Positions 19,278 to 28,569 of a DNA stretch of 64,000 bases are shown piece after piece. Each line of letters begins with the position of its first letter. Within the stretch, counting starts at the first letter, position 1. The position numbers and the translations under genes were made by a program. Where the stretch lies: NCBI GenBank assembly GCA_965261985.1, contig OZ253490.1, positions 4,139,121-4,203,120 on the forward strand, written 5' to 3'. The notes under the pieces were generated by a model. It searched no databases, had not been told where the DNA came from, and worked only from the letters and a program-made list of their open reading frames with translations. Source of the stretch: Alphaproteobacteria bacterium. Its GTDB lineage: Bacteria > Pseudomonadota > Alphaproteobacteria > Bin95.

Positions 19278-20901
19278 GTAACTGCCCAGGATGTCAGATT
19301 TGGTTATGGGGTTGACGGTGGGAACGAAAAATGAGTCAACCTTTGGATGAGTCGTTCCGAGCCGTTTGACCCATTGAGGGTGGCCGGGTCCGAGACTTCC
19401 GGACAGAAGATCGCGCGTCTTGAGTTGGAGACCGCTTGGCTTCGGGAGGAGAACGCCTCGCTTCGGGAGGAGACCGCGCGGTTTCGGGAGCGGATAGGTG
19501 AGCTGGAGCGCCGTCTCGGTCTGAACAGCGGCAATAGCGGCAAGCCTCCTTCGAGCGACGGTTTGAAGAAGCCGTCGTCTGAGCGCCGCACACAGAGCCT
19601 TCGTGGCAAGACGGATCGCAAGCCGGGCGGTCAGCCGGGCCACAAGGGCCGGACGCTGTGCCGGACGGCGAGCCCGGACCGTGTGAAGGACCATGTTCCA
19701 GCGGCGTGCGGGGGCTGCGGGGCGTCTCTTTTGGGAGCGTCTTTTGTGGGCGCGCCGGTAGCGCGTCAGGTATTCGACCTTCCTGAGCCGCGTCCTTTGG
19801 AAGTGACGGAGCATCGCGGCCATGCGTGTCGCTGCGGGCGTTGCGGGGCTGTGACGCGGGCGGCGTTTCCCGATGGCGTATCGGGTCCGGTTCAGTATGG
19901 CCCTCGTCTTTCGGGCGTTGCGGTATGGCTCCGTCATGCGCAGTTCCTTCCGGAGCGCCGGCTGTCGGAGGTTCTGGGGGTTTTGTTCGGAGCGCGCGTG
20001 TCGCCTGCGACGCTGGCGTCGATGAGCCGTCGTGCGGCGGAGCGTTTTCAGGCTGCGGGCGGGCATATAGAGGAGCTTGCGGCGGTCGGGGCGCGTGTGA
20101 AGCATCTGGACGAGACCGGACTTCGCATTGGCGCACGCACGCGGTGGCTCCATGTGATCTGCACATCCCCGGATCGGGTCCGGGGCAGGCTCTTGCTGGC
20201 GGCGTATCGGGTGAGCGAGCGGCGCGGCGCCGTGCCTGCGGGGGTGTCCGGGGTCGCAGTGCACGACCACTGGCAATGCTACTGGCCGATGGCGGGTGTG
20301 GAGCATGCGCTTTGCAACGCGCATCACCTTCGGGAGTTGCAGGCGCTTGTGGAGTTCGACAAGGAGGACTGGGCCCGGCGCATGCAGCGTCATCTGCTTC
20401 GGGCCCGGCGCGTGGCGCGGCTGGCGCGGGAGCGGGACATGGCCGTTCCGGGGCGTTTGTTGGCGCGTCTGGTGCGCGGCTACGACCGGCTGCTTGTCGA
20501 GGCGATGGCGTTCCATGAGAACCAGCCGCCGCTCTCCTCGCCCGGCCGGCGCGGGGCCCCGAGGCGGCGCAAGGGTCACAACCTCGCTTTGCGCCTGCAT
20601 GAGCGCCGGGACGAGACCCTGCGCTTCCTGACCGACCCACAGGTCCCCTTCACCAATAATGAGGCCGAGCGCGACCTGCGCATGATGAAACTGCGCCAGA
20701 AAATCTCCGGAGGCTTCCGCTCCCGAAGCGGCGCAGACGACTTCGCCATACTGCGCACAATCATCGCCACCGCTCAAAAGCAGGGCCGGGACGTCCTCAA
20801 CACCCTGATGGGGTCGCCTCGCAGCTTCATCGACGAAATCCGATACGCCTGAAACTACCCCAGGCGCCAACGCCCCTACGACCAACATCCTGGGCAGTTA
20901 C
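19278..20901 (+). mobile_element. IS66-family insertion sequence (single transposase ORF), copy 1, 1624 bp
   Basis: The terminal inverted repeats are GTAACTGCCCAGGATGT (19278-) and ACATCCTGGGCAGTTAC (-20901). It is flanked by the 8-bp direct repeat GAAATGTC (19270-19277 and 20902-20909). Confidence 0.9.
19347..20852 (+). CDS. IS66-family transposase (TnpC-type)
   Basis: The N-terminal leucine-zipper-like region reads LELETAWLREENASLREE...ELERRLGLNSGNSGKPPSSDGLKKP. Cys pairs (PAACGGCG...CRCGRCG) and a DDE core with HLDETG, HDHW and CNAHHLREL follow. Confidence 0.9.
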   Translation: MSRSEPFDPLRVAGSETSGQKIARLELETAWLREENASLREETARFRERIGELERRLGLNSGNSGKPPSSDGLKKPSSERRTQSLRGKTDRKPGGQPGHKGRTLCRTASPDRVKDHVPAACGGCGASLLGASFVGAPVARQVFDLPEPRPLEVTEHRGHACRCGRCGAVTRAAFPDGVSGPVQYGPRLSGVAVWLRHAQFLPERRLSEVLGVLFGARVSPATLASMSRRAAERFQAAGGHIEELAAVGARVKHLDETGLRIGARTRWLHVICTSPDRVRGRLLLAAYRVSERRGAVPAGVSGVAVHDHWQCYWPMAGVEHALCNAHHLRELQALVEFDKEDWARRMQRHLLRARRVARLARERDMAVPGRLLARLVRGYDRLLVEAMAFHENQPPLSSPGRRGAPRRRKGHNLALRLHERRDETLRFLTDPQVPFTNNEAERDLRMMKLRQKISGGFRSRSGADDFAILRTIIATAQKQGRDVLNTLMGSPRSFIDEIRYA

Positions 20902-21347
20902 GAAATGTCATGTTTTGTCATGATCCGCATGCGCATGGCGCATAGACGCTTGTCCTTTCAGGCATGAAGGGCATGGGCTGGGCAGGGGCTGCAGGTATTC
21001 CGTCCGTGTAGGGGGACAAAAGTAATGCGGAAGCTGGACTATGCCGGATATGAACGGACATGGCCGGACGGAGTGAGACGAGGGAAGGGTTTGCGAGGGA
21101 TGAGCGGCGTAGAGTGACGCGGCGAAAAAGTCTTGCGGAATGAGCCTCTGAAGCGGCCCTAAAGCGGCGATTTACGAAGCCTCAAATTGTGGGAAAATGC
21201 GCGCCTCGTGAAGCTGTGCAACTTCGGCGACCGGGATCGCCATTGCGACGGCGGTCGGGGCGGCGTATAGAGAGGGCGGCGCCGGAAGCATCTGCCCTAC
21301 TCTCATGCCTTCGGGCGAGCGCGGGGGTGGCGACCCGCCCGGCGCCG

Positions 21348-22239
21348 TCACTTCTCCACCCTCGTCCAACGCGACCGCGCGGCAGTCAAGTCGCGCACCT
21401 TCGCCTTGTGCAAGGTGTCGAGATAGATATCCGATCCGTCCTTCGTCGCCTTGATGGCCGCGCGCCATAGCTGGCCATCGACAGTTGTGAAGCCCAAGAA
21501 CCTCCGGTCGCCGGACTTGAAGAGATCCCCCTCGTCGAGGATGCGCTGCACCAGCGCATAATCCTCGGCCTGCACGTCCCGATGTCCGACATCGAGATCG
21601 GTCCGCTGCCGGCGGCCGGCCTGTTTGGCGGCTGTCTCTCCCGACAGCCTGACGACGTGCGACCGCGCGCCGATCGCGCCGGCGACGCTGTCGTCGAGCA
21701 TGCCGACCGCGAAGTCGCCATGCTCCGTTCTCCGCCCGGCCGTTTCCAGGAACCGTCGAAACAACCGCGTCCGCCAGGGCGCCCCCACGGCGGCCCTCCC
21801 AAGATCGGGCGTCGCCGCGTCGATCTTCCGGATGAGCCGGTCGGCAGAGTCCTTGCCGACATCGATCAGGCCGACATTGTGCTGGAAGCCGGGGTCGATG
21901 CCGACGGGCACCTGGACGGTGCGTCCGTTCCGCCTGTCGAGCCAGGGCCGGGTCTCGTTCCAGCCCTCCGGCGGTTCCTCCGACAGCTCGAAGCCGAACT
22001 CCTCCAACTCCTCGTGGGACAGCTGGATGACAGTGCAGCGGCAGCGCCAGCCGCAGGGCGGATAGTGGGTGCGCCAGAAGGGATGGTCCCAGGGCAGGAC
22101 GGTGCCGTGCCAGCGCATGTGCTCCGGCCGGGTCCGCGCGTCCAGGACAGCGACATAGCGGAGAAGCGGCCGCGCCTCGGCCAGCCGCTCGATGCGCTCC
22201 CAGCGACCGCGCGCATAGGCCGTGGATGTCAATCGGCTT
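21348..22239 (-). pseudogene. Phage MuF/SPP1-gp7-like head morphogenesis protein, 5'-truncated by IS21-family element, with about 200-aa C-terminal extension
   Basis: YARGRWERIERLAEARPLLRYVAVLDARTRPEHMRWHGTVLPWDHPFWRTHYPPCGWRCRCTV matches my memory of the Phage_Mu_F domain. The first 54 codons of ORF 21348-22400 are read-through of the IS end. Confidence 0.65.
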
Positions 22240-22428
22240 TGAAGTTTGACCCCCGATCGGCGTGCAATATTGACCCCCCTGAGTGGCACGGCGGAGGTTG
22301 TCCCGGTAGTCAACAGGGGGGACCCGCGCGGCTTCGTGTAGCGCCCTGCGCTACGCGGAGCGAAGCCGCGTGGGGGGTGCCTGTTGGCCCACCGGGGCAA
22401 CCGGGCCGCGGGGACGGTCGGCGCCGGG

Positions 22429-23157
22429 TCAGGAGCGGTTCTTGAAGCGCCAGCTCTCGTTTCCGGTCTCGATGATCTCGCAATGATGGGTCAGGCGGTC
22501 GAGCAGGGCTGTGGTCATCTTGGGGTCGCCGAAGACGGACGGCCATTCGCCGAAGGCGAGGTTGGTGGTGATGACGATCGAGGTGCGCTCGTAGAGCCGG
22601 CTCATGAGGTGGAAGAGCAGCTGCCCGCCGGCCTGGGCGAAGGGCAGGTAGCCGAGTTCGTCGAGGATGACGAAGTCGCGCCGGGTGAGCTGGTCCGCGG
22701 TGCGGCCCTGGCGTCCGGAGCGGATCTCGGCCTCGAGGAGATTGACCAGGTCGACGACGTTGTAGAAGCGGCCGCGCGCGCCCTTGCGGATGCAGGACCG
22801 CGCGATGGCGACGGCGAGATGGGTCTTGCCGGTGCCGGTGCCGCCGACCAGCACGATGTTGCGCTTGGCTTCCAGGAAGCCGCCCATTGCGAGGTCGCGG
22901 ATCAGGGGCTCGTTGACCGGCGAGGCGGCGAAGTCGAACTCGGCCAGCTCCTTGGCCGCCGGCAGCCTGGCGGACGCCATCTGGTACTTGATCGAGCGTG
23001 CCGTCTTGTCGGCGATCTCGGCCCTCAGCAGAGCGCCGAAGATCTGTTGCACCGGATGACGGCGCTTGAGCCCGTCGGCGAGGATGTCGTCATAGGCGGC
23101 GCGCATCCCCGCGAGCTTCAGCGTTGTCATCATCGCCAGCACCTCATGACGCTCCAT
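22429..23157 (-). CDS. istB: IS21-family helper ATPase IstB
   Basis: The Walker A is [18 protein letters not shown], followed by [13 protein letters not shown]. This is typical IstB, and it overlaps the istA stop. Confidence 0.9.
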   Translation of the reverse strand: MERHEVLAMMTTLKLAGMRAAYDDILADGLKRRHPVQQIFGALLRAEIADKTARSIKYQMASARLPAAKELAEFDFAASPVNEPLIRDLAMGGFLEAKRNIVLVGGTGTGKTHLAVAIARSCIRKGARGRFYNVVDLVNLLEAEIRSGRQGRTADQLTRRDFVILDELGYLPFAQAGGQLLFHLMSRLYERTSIVITTNLAFGEWPSVFGDPKMTTALLDRLTHHCEIIETGNESWRFKNRS

Positions 23158-24658
23158 GGCCGGCCCCCCTCAGGCGGTCGTAGCGCCGACAGTCGGCCAC
23201 CGGCTGGTGGCGAAGCCGCAGGCCCTCGGGCGTCGGGATGGTCGCCGGCGGCGCCGGCTGGCACCGCCGGGCCAGGATGTTGAGCACGACGTCGGCGCTG
23301 CAGGCGCCGCTGTCGAGCGCCTCGGCACAGGCCGCCTCGACCGCCTCCAGCCCGTCCTCCAGCACCGCCGCGAGAACCTTGACGAACTGCCGGTCGCCGT
23401 CGTCGCGGGCGGAAAGCCGGGTCCGCAGGCGCCCGAGCGCGTTAGGCAACTGCCAGCCCTTGAAGGGCGCGCCATTGCGCAGCGCGCCGGGCTTCTTCGT
23501 CAGAATCGGCACGTAGTGCCACGGATCGTAGACGATCCGGCCGCGCCCGAAGCTGCGGGGATGCTCGGCGACGATCTCGCCGTCCTGGCGGATGACGATC
23601 CGATCGGCATAGGCCCGCACGTCCACCGGTCGCCCGACCGCGCGGGCCGCCACGCTGTACTGGTTGTTGTCGAAGCGCACCAGACAAGTCTTGGAGACCG
23701 CTACCTCAGTGGCGTGGAAGCCGTCGAAGGGGCCGCGATACGCTGTCAGGAAGGGCCGCTCCTCCTCGAACACCTGCCACACCGTCTTGCCCGGGATCGT
23801 CGGATGCGGACGCTTCCTGGCGTCCTCGATGCACCGATCCATGAGCCACTCGTTGATCTCGGCGTAGGAGCGGCCCCGCGGGCTGGGCACGAACAGGCGG
23901 CCGCGAACGTCACCCACCTGTCTCTCGACCTGCCCCTTCTCCCAGCCAGCCCCGGGCGTGCACGCCACAGGCTCCACCAGATGGTGGGTACACATCTCCT
24001 GGAAGCGGCGGTTGTAGTCCCGCTTCTTGCCCACGAACACCGTGCTCACCGCCGTCTTCATGTTGTCGTAGATGCCGCGCCGGCAGACCCCGCCGAAGAA
24101 GCGGAACGCGCGCTCGTGCGCCTCGAACACCATCTCCTGGCTCTCGCGCGGGAAGATCTGGACCAGCTGCATGCGGCTGTGACACAGCCGCATGTGCGCC
24201 GCCTTCACCCTGGTCGTCGTGCCCGACAACACCGCGTATTCGTGGCTCCAGTCGAACTGGTAGGCCTCGCCCGGATCGAAGATCAGCGGCACATAGGCCT
24301 CGGACGACGACAACAGCCGGTGCCGGCGCCGCCAGACCCTGGCATAGCGGCGCACCGCGTCGTAGCCGCCCTCATAGCCCAGAGACGCAAGGTCTTCATG
24401 AATCCGCAGCAGAGACAGCCGATCCCGGCGCGCCTTCTTCTCGTTGGCCTTCAGCTGGCGCTCGAGCTCATCCACCCACGGTCCAAGCTTCGGCATCGGC
24501 TGGATCTTGCGCTCGTAGCTGTACGAGGTCTCATCGCCCCGCACCACCTTGCGCACCGTGTTCTTCGAAACCCTCAAATCCCGGGCGATCGTCTTGATCG
24601 GAACGCCCCTCACCAGATGATCCCGACGGATCCGTGCGATCGTTTCCACTACCAGCAT
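23144..24658 (-). CDS. istA: IS21-family transposase IstA
   Basis: From the ATG at 24658 (RBS GGTGAGGGGGAG): [38 protein letters not shown] (HTH), followed by a DDE integrase core. Confidence 0.9.
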   Translation of the reverse strand: MLVVETIARIRRDHLVRGVPIKTIARDLRVSKNTVRKVVRGDETSYSYERKIQPMPKLGPWVDELERQLKANEKKARRDRLSLLRIHEDLASLGYEGGYDAVRRYARVWRRRHRLLSSSEAYVPLIFDPGEAYQFDWSHEYAVLSGTTTRVKAAHMRLCHSRMQLVQIFPRESQEMVFEAHERAFRFFGGVCRRGIYDNMKTAVSTVFVGKKRDYNRRFQEMCTHHLVEPVACTPGAGWEKGQVERQVGDVRGRLFVPSPRGRSYAEINEWLMDRCIEDARKRPHPTIPGKTVWQVFEEERPFLTAYRGPFDGFHATEVAVSKTCLVRFDNNQYSVAARAVGRPVDVRAYADRIVIRQDGEIVAEHPRSFGRGRIVYDPWHYVPILTKKPGALRNGAPFKGWQLPNALGRLRTRLSARDDGDRQFVKVLAAVLEDGLEAVEAACAEALDSGACSADVVLNILARRCQPAPPATIPTPEGLRLRHQPVADCRRYDRLRGAGHGAS

Positions 24659-24781
24659 CTCCCCCTCACCTCGTCCGTCCAATGACAAGGTGCGTTCATG
24701 GGAACAAACCATGGGGGGGTCAATTTTGGACGCCGATTACCCCCAATCGGGGGTCAATATTCCACGCCGATCAACAATACA

Positions 24782-26704
24782 GGCGATCTGAGGACGCGCA
24801 CCACGCCAGTGACGTTCCTCGGAGAGGCGCCGGGCGAAGCCGATATCGACGAGAGGCTCGACGTCTCCAACACCTCCATTTCCCCGGAATATATCGGCGT
24901 CGAACTCGCCGGGGGCGGGCGCGACTGGTCGCTGACCGGAGGCGCGCGATCGACAACAGCGCGCGACCGGGTCGAGCTCTCCGTCCTCGGCTCCTACTGG
25001 CTGGCGCCACTGTCCGACCTCACCGGACGCCGCCTGCCCACCACGCTCTGCTCTGTGCGCCTCAAGGGCCAGGTGGGCGCCCCGCCGCGCCGCGTGCTCA
25101 AGGTCGACGCAGACCAGGCGGTGTCGGTGCCGACCGCGAACGGCGTCTGGTCCCAGGCTCGCCAGCCCAGCCGCAACCCGGCCGCGATCCTGCGCGCCTT
25201 CGCGCGGGGCTGGTACGACACGGCCGAGCGCAGCGGCGGCGGGCCGGCGCCGACCGGCCGGCTGCTCGCCGGCACGGGCCGCGATCCGGAGACGATCGAC
25301 GACGCCGTCCTGGCCCGGTTCTACTGGCGCTGCGAGAACCACGACCCGCCGCTCCGCTGCGATCTGGCGCTGCAGGGCGACGAGCGGCCGGCGGAAGCGA
25401 TCGAGCGCCTGATCGCCGCGACGGGCCGGGCCGAGATCTCCTGGGCGACGGGCAAGCTCGGTGTCGTGTGGACCGAGCCCGACGACGCGCCGCAGGGCCT
25501 GATCTCGCCGGCGAAAGTCCTGCCCGGCACGCTCTCGCTCTCCTGGCGCGACGGCCCGCTCCCGGACGACATCGTGGTCTCCTATCTCGACCGCACGGTC
25601 TGGGAGGGCCGCGAGGTCCGCGTCCTCGTGCCTGGCGCCGACGGAGGGGGCCGCGAGCGCCAGGTGCGGCTTGAAGGCGTGACGGATGCCGACGCCGCCA
25701 CCTTCCATGCCGCCTCGATCGCCGCCGACGAAGCCTTCCACCGCCGCGCGGTCTCCTGGAGGGCGGGTCGCGAAGGCGCGCTCATGACACGCGGCTCGCT
25801 CTGGCTCATGGCCGCCGACCTGCTCTCCGGAGGCGTGACGGGCCGGCTGCGCGAGTTCGGCGAGGGCCGCGTCCGCCTCGACCGCCCGGTCCGGCTCACC
25901 TCCCAGGCATGGCTCGCGATCGACGCGCCGGGCGCAGACCTCCACCGGACGCCCGTGCTCCGCGCCGACCCCGATCCCGACGGCGGCGATACCGACGCTC
26001 TCATCCTGGTCGAGCCGTTTCCGGGGATCGGTGCATCGGACACCTCGAAGCCGCGCGATGTCGTCTGGCGCCTCTACGATCTCGGCCTGCCACCGAAGCC
26101 GGTCCGCATCCTGTCCAACCGGCCGGTGTCGAAGACGGAGTTCGATATCGTTGCCCGTGACGAGGTGCGGGACTACTGGACCTTCCTCGACGACTATCGC
26201 GCCGCCGCCGCCACGCCCGGCCTGGTGACGGACCTGCCGGACCGGGTGAGGCTGACTTTGGACGGCGCCTGGAACTGGCCGCAGGCATGGACCGACGCCG
26301 GCATCGAGGATGCCTCTCTGATCGTGTTCGGCGCCGCTCGGGGAGCGCGAGGGGCAATCCAGCCGGGCGGGACCTACATAACCACCTATGACGAACAAGG
26401 GCCGGTATATGCATACGACCCGCCGGCCTGGGGATCGGTGGGCGCCGCTGGCGAAGACACCACGGTCACCTTCGGCTCCACGATGGAGATTGTGCCCGGC
26501 CAGGCGCGCGCGTCGACATCCACGTTCTCCTCCCCCGGTTTGCCGCGCCAGGACTGGAAGATCACGAGCGCCGACGCGCCCGTCACGTTCGATTTCGGCG
26601 CGGGTGGGCGCGGCGGCGCCGGCGGGCGCAACGGGACCGGGCAGGCGGCACGCGGCGCCGATGGCGCCGGCGCCTATGCCGAGATCGTGCCGTTGCCGCC
26701 ATGA
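24782..26704 (+). pseudogene. Phage tail / host-specificity protein (lambda J / GTA gp15-like), 5'-truncated at the IS21 end
   Basis: The reading frame runs out of the IS end. The central region (SRNPAAILRAFARGWYD...LLAGTGRDPETIDDAVLARFYW) resembles the Phage-tail_3 region of J-like proteins. The C-terminus is glycine-rich (FGAGGRGGAGGRNGTGQAARGADGAGAY). Confidence 0.55.
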
Positions 26705-27639
26705 TGCACACCCTCGTCATGCTCTCGGGCGGCCCGGACAGCGTCGCGGCGGCCTGGAACGCGGCTCAGGCCGGGCCGGTGCTGCTTGTGCACATGCGGC
26801 TGTCCCTGCATCCCGGCGCGAGGCGCGCCGAAGGCCGCGCGGCTCGCGCGACGGCAGCGTGGATCTCCGAGCACACCGATCATCCGGTGCGCTATGCCGA
26901 GCTGGCCTATGCCGTGCCGCGCGAGGTGCGCCTGGGCATCGGCGACATGGACCATTGCGCCTGGCCGCGTGCGGCGTTCCTGGCTGCCTGCCCGGAGATC
27001 GGCGCGCTCGCCCGCTGCGCCGTCGCCGAGGACGTCGCCTCGGGCTGGCTGAAACGCGCCGCCCATTACCGCGAGGCGGTCGAGATCGCGCTCGACGGTA
27101 TCCGGGACCCCGACTGGCGTTGGACCGACCCGCTCGGCTGGCCTCCGCCGCCCAAGGCCGGGGTGCTGGACGTCATGCCGCCCGAGCTGCGCGAGATGGC
27201 CGTTTCCTGCCGCCAGTCCGCGCCGTCAGGCGCGCCGTGCGGCGAGTGCGACAAATGCCTCGGGGACCGGCCCGGAAGCGCCCCTGCGGGCGTTTTCCCG
27301 GCCCCGCCGCCGCGCCCGCGCGACTGGGGTTGGGACCGGCTCCTCCTCCTCGATCCCGACAGGCTCTGGCGGCGCGACATCCGCGAGCTCAAGCCCCGTA
27401 CGCTCGCCCTCCTGCCGCACCCGGATCGCAAGGCCCTCGCCACGGCGTGCGCCGGCGCCGAGCGCATCGCCCAGCGTCACGGCATCGAGATCGCCGTCGA
27501 GCCCCTCTGGCTGCCCGGCCTCCGGCGCGCCGTCCCCGCGCCCGCCTGGCCCGCCGCGCGCGAGGCCGCCGCCCGCATCCTGGCCGGCCTCTGGCTACGG
27601 ACCAACGAACGTCATAAATCGGAGGAAAACCAGCGATAA
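26701..27639 (+). CDS. QueC-like PP-loop ATP pyrophosphatase domain protein with unknown C-terminal extension
   Basis: The ATG overlaps the tail-gene stop (ATGA). The N-terminus has the PP-loop LVMLSGGPDSVAAAW. Near residue 170, SCRQSAPSGAPCGECDKCL resembles the QueC zinc-binding Cys cluster. The last approximately 120 aa were not recognised. Confidence 0.55.
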   Translation: MMHTLVMLSGGPDSVAAAWNAAQAGPVLLVHMRLSLHPGARRAEGRAARATAAWISEHTDHPVRYAELAYAVPREVRLGIGDMDHCAWPRAAFLAACPEIGALARCAVAEDVASGWLKRAAHYREAVEIALDGIRDPDWRWTDPLGWPPPPKAGVLDVMPPELREMAVSCRQSAPSGAPCGECDKCLGDRPGSAPAGVFPAPPPRPRDWGWDRLLLLDPDRLWRRDIRELKPRTLALLPHPDRKALATACAGAERIAQRHGIEIAVEPLWLPGLRRAVPAPAWPAAREAAARILAGLWLRTNERHKSEENQR

Positions 27640-27767
27640 ATCGGCCATGGATTTCCCGTCGAAAATCCCTCGAAAAATCCCGCCGAAATTAAGTTCTGCA
27701 GAATTTTTGTCCGCCTACAGTCCGGGTTCTCCGGCTTCGCGTCTTCGGCATGGGTCTTTCCTCTCGA

Positions 27768-27975
27768 TCCCGTTTCGTTCCGCTCATCCCGCCGCCGGTT
27801 CATCCCCTGCGGCGGGACCCTGTTTCGCGCGTATCACGCGCGGGCGGGCGGGCCCGCGCGTGCGCCTTTGGCGCCGGCGCGAAACAGGAGGCGAGGCGGC
27901 TCCCGGGATGCCGCTTCCTCCTGCTTCATCCTATCACAAATTCTCCAGAGTCAAATCTTATCTAGGAATTATTTC
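27768..27975 (-). repeat. Modular dispersed repeat, copy C (inverted relative to copy D at 54705-54995)
   Basis: It aligns by eye to the reverse complement of 54705-54995, from CGTTTCGTTCCG through GGGACCCTGTTTCGCGCGTATC to GGAATTATTTC. On its minus strand it carries TTGACT-N15-TAGGAT with an upstream TG (27927-27953). Confidence 0.65.
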
Positions 27976-28569
27976 TACAAATTGCGAAACGTGAGACCGC
28001 CTTCGACCCTGCGCCCCGCGGACGGCCGCGAGCCTCGCCCTCCGCCGACGGCGTCGGGAACCGGAAACGGCCGCCGTCTTCACCGGAGCGAGGGTTGCAG
28101 TTCGCCCCGAAATGCCGTTCAATCCGACAGGATACGGCTCTGGCGCGACTCGATCCGGTCGAACCGGGCGCCATTCCGCGAAAAGCCATCGGACGGACAA
28201 ACTGAGGAGCGCGATTCGTGAGCGTATTGGCGCATGTCATCCTTGGAGGGCCGCAGCAGAACGAGCCCGCTGCAACGCAGGCTCTGGCCTACATATTGAA
28301 ATCAAGTCCGGATATCGATATGACGGGATTTTCAATCGATCATAGAGCCTAAATCACCGGCATAAGCGACGACGACATTTGGGAATCTCGAACTTCTTCT
28401 GGAGGCTAGTATTTGTACAAGATTCCTCGGCAGAAAATCTCCAGCGAATCTGCCGATGATGTTGACTGGCATTTGGCGCTTCGGTCTCCGTCGTGGACAA
28501 CCCAACCCGCGCTTGCGTTCCCCTGACCTGTCATCATGCTTTCAATTCGGAGCGACCAATCTCGTGTTG

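Larger units (their letters stand above)
22240..24781 (-). mobile_element. IS21-family insertion sequence (istA-istB), about 2.5 kb, ends approximate
   Basis: The istA/istB pair is flanked by imperfect inverted ends. The left end carries TGAAGTTTGACCCCCGATCGGCGTGCAATATTGACCCCCC. The right-end reverse complement reads TGTATTGTTGATCGGCGTGGAATATTGACCCCCGATTGGGGGTAATCGGCGTCCAAAATTGACCCCCCC. Both show the reiterated TTGACCCCC sub-repeats typical of IS21 ends. Confidence 0.75.

Noticed and set aside
20902-21347. A possible small gene or immunity ORF between IS66 copy 1 and the MuF-like gene end. An example is the 30-codon ORF starting ATGCGGAAGCTGGAC near 21035.
   Set aside because: It is too short, has no RBS and no recognisable product, and nothing supports it beyond being open.
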